Source: Prochlorococcus sp. AG-679-M23
Lineage (GTDB): Bacteria > Cyanobacteriota > Cyanobacteriia > PCC-6307 > Cyanobiaceae
Assembly: GCA_003208875.1 (NCBI GenBank)
Contig: QCUR01000006.1
Coordinates: 74,872 to 138,871 of the forward strand
Direction of reading: 5' to 3'
DNA: 64,000 nt
Shown one piece after another: positions 62,817-64,000 of this stretch. The notes beneath the pieces are model-generated. The model did not search any database and was not told the origin of the DNA. It was given only the letters and a program-made list of their open reading frames with translations. The stretch's first letter is position 1. Each line of letters begins with the position of its first letter. A program made the position numbers and the translations under genes.

Positions 62817-64000
62817 ATGACTGCAATATTTTTTGGTTTTTTATTCTTTTTTTTGAAATTAATAAAATCAGAAGAATTAGAAAATAATAAAGAATCAATA
62901 TATTCTGTTTTTACAGTTTCATTAATGCTTTCTATAGCAACATCTGGGGTAATAGGATTAATTTTTACTTTTTTAGAATTTACTTTTATTCCATTAAATT
63001 TAATATATTCTTTATTGATATTTTTCCTTTTATATAAAAGTGATCATAGAAGTGAAATTTTCGATTACTTTGGAAGATGTAAAACTGAATTTAAAAATAT
63101 AAGTAATCTATACAAAAATAGTTTTTATCTGAAAATAATATACGCATTTATCTTATTAATGATAATAGTTTCTCTCGGTCCAATAAATAGTCATGATGCA
63201 ATAAATATATATGTTGGTTATCCCTATAAGTTTTGGCTAGAAAATCGATTATTTATTGATGGCGATTTGCATCAAGGTCTTTTAGGTATTTCTGATTTTT
63301 CAAATTTATTTTATTTTCAAGATCACACCACATGGTTTATAAGGTTTACAAAAATGATTCCTATTATCCCAATCTCCTTTTTGATTCTTAGACGAAATAC
63401 CAGTAAGATTATCACTTTAATCATTTTATCTTCACCTGTATTAATACAATGGTTTACTATTGGCAAAAATAATTTTATTGGAGATGCATTTCTATTAATT
63501 ATTTTCCTAGTTTGGGAAAAAAGAAAAGGAAGTACGGAATTAAAATATCTTTTAACGGCTTTATTGATTTCGATTAGTTTTAAAATAAGTTCATTAATAA
63601 TTTCTTTTCCTATTTTTATATATCTAATCTATGTTAATAAGAATAAATTTTCCAAATTTAATTTTTCAAATTTTAAATTTTACTTTTTGAGCTTTCCATT
63701 TTTAATAGCTTTAATTTCTTTAGTTTCTATTATATTTTATAGATTTTATTTAACAGATAATCCTGTATATCCCTTATTTTCTACTTTTTTTAACCCAGGT
63801 GACAATTATTTAATCTCTTGGGAAGAAGGTATAAGAAATTGGAATAGAGATAGCAAGTTTCACCTTTTATGGCTATTTTTTCCAGAATCAATTGGTAAAT
63901 TATCATTTGTTTTGGGACCTGCAAATTTAGTATTATTTATAGTCTCTTTTTTAGGAATTTTTGGCAGGAAACAGTTTAGAACTAATTCAATAATTGGAAT
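62817..64000 (+). CDS. Polytopic membrane protein, GT-C/DUF1420-like; 3'-truncated by the window edge (not in track)
   Basis: Open frame from ATG 62817 to the end; many TM helices; loop GPINSHDAINIYVGYP, then TIGKNN, SFKIS and DNPVYP. Confidence 0.7.
   Translation, partial: MTAIFFGFLFFFLKLIKSEELENNKESIYSVFTVSLMLSIATSGVIGLIFTFLEFTFIPLNLIYSLLIFFLLYKSDHRSEIFDYFGRCKTEFKNISNLYKNSFYLKIIYAFILLMIIVSLGPINSHDAINIYVGYPYKFWLENRLFIDGDLHQGLLGISDFSNLFYFQDHTTWFIRFTKMIPIIPISFLILRRNTSKIITLIILSSPVLIQWFTIGKNNFIGDAFLLIIFLVWEKRKGSTELKYLLTALLISISFKISSLIISFPIFIYLIYVNKNKFSKFNFSNFKFYFLSFPFLIALISLVSIIFYRFYLTDNPVYPLFSTFFNPGDNYLISWEEGIRNWNRDSKFHLLWLFFPESIGKLSFVLGPANLVLFIVSFLGIFGRKQFRTNSIIG

Larger units (their letters stand above)
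57065..64000. other. Start of a cell-surface/glycan genomic island (continues beyond the window)
   Basis: Abrupt switch after lexA to very AT-rich, non-core, mixed-orientation glycosylation-type genes with longer spacers. Confidence 0.8.

Noticed and set aside
1..64000. Integrase, transposase, prophage, CRISPR or anti-phage defence genes
   Set aside because: No recognisable motifs; phoH, hli and the PIN protein sit in core-genome context.

Overview
The window is very AT-rich marine picocyanobacterial DNA, most consistent with a high-light Prochlorococcus chromosome (inferred from gene order, an hli gene, Ni-SOD and compact overlapping genes). Positions 1-57046 are mostly core genome: hup, hli, cbiB, ilvC, clpP/clpR, hemW, panB, SRP RNA, ftsZ/ftsQ/ddl, miaB, tRNA-His, folC, argD, tRNA-Leu, murA, lpdA, trpC, sodN/sodX/sodT, lnt, mnmA, nnr, a group 2 sigma factor, pdhA, ftn2, ffh, rpsP, phoH, era, trmD, ispF, larB, thiS/thiE, ribF, surE, pheS, nadK, cbiET, ribD, ftsH, argF and lexA. 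An even more AT-rich cell-surface island starts just after lexA and runs off the window end. It encodes a likely outer-membrane barrel, a PIG-L deacylase coupled to a formyltransferase, GtrA, a GtrB/ArnC-like GT2, a divergent alkaline-phosphatase-superfamily protein and a GT-C-like membrane protein. Together these resemble an Arn/Gtr-like lipid-carrier glycosylation module, the best candidate here for an undescribed system. Other notable items: a methyltransferase insert flanked by a duplicated ispF 5' end at the trmD/ispF junction, probable non-canonical starts (sodX and a TrmH-family gene), argD starting 5 nt after tRNA-Leu, a 13 x 18-nt repeat in ffh, K-box-like motifs before ftsH and a BI-1/YccA gene, and three small ORFs missing from the supplied track. 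All family assignments come from motif recognition by eye; no searches were run.
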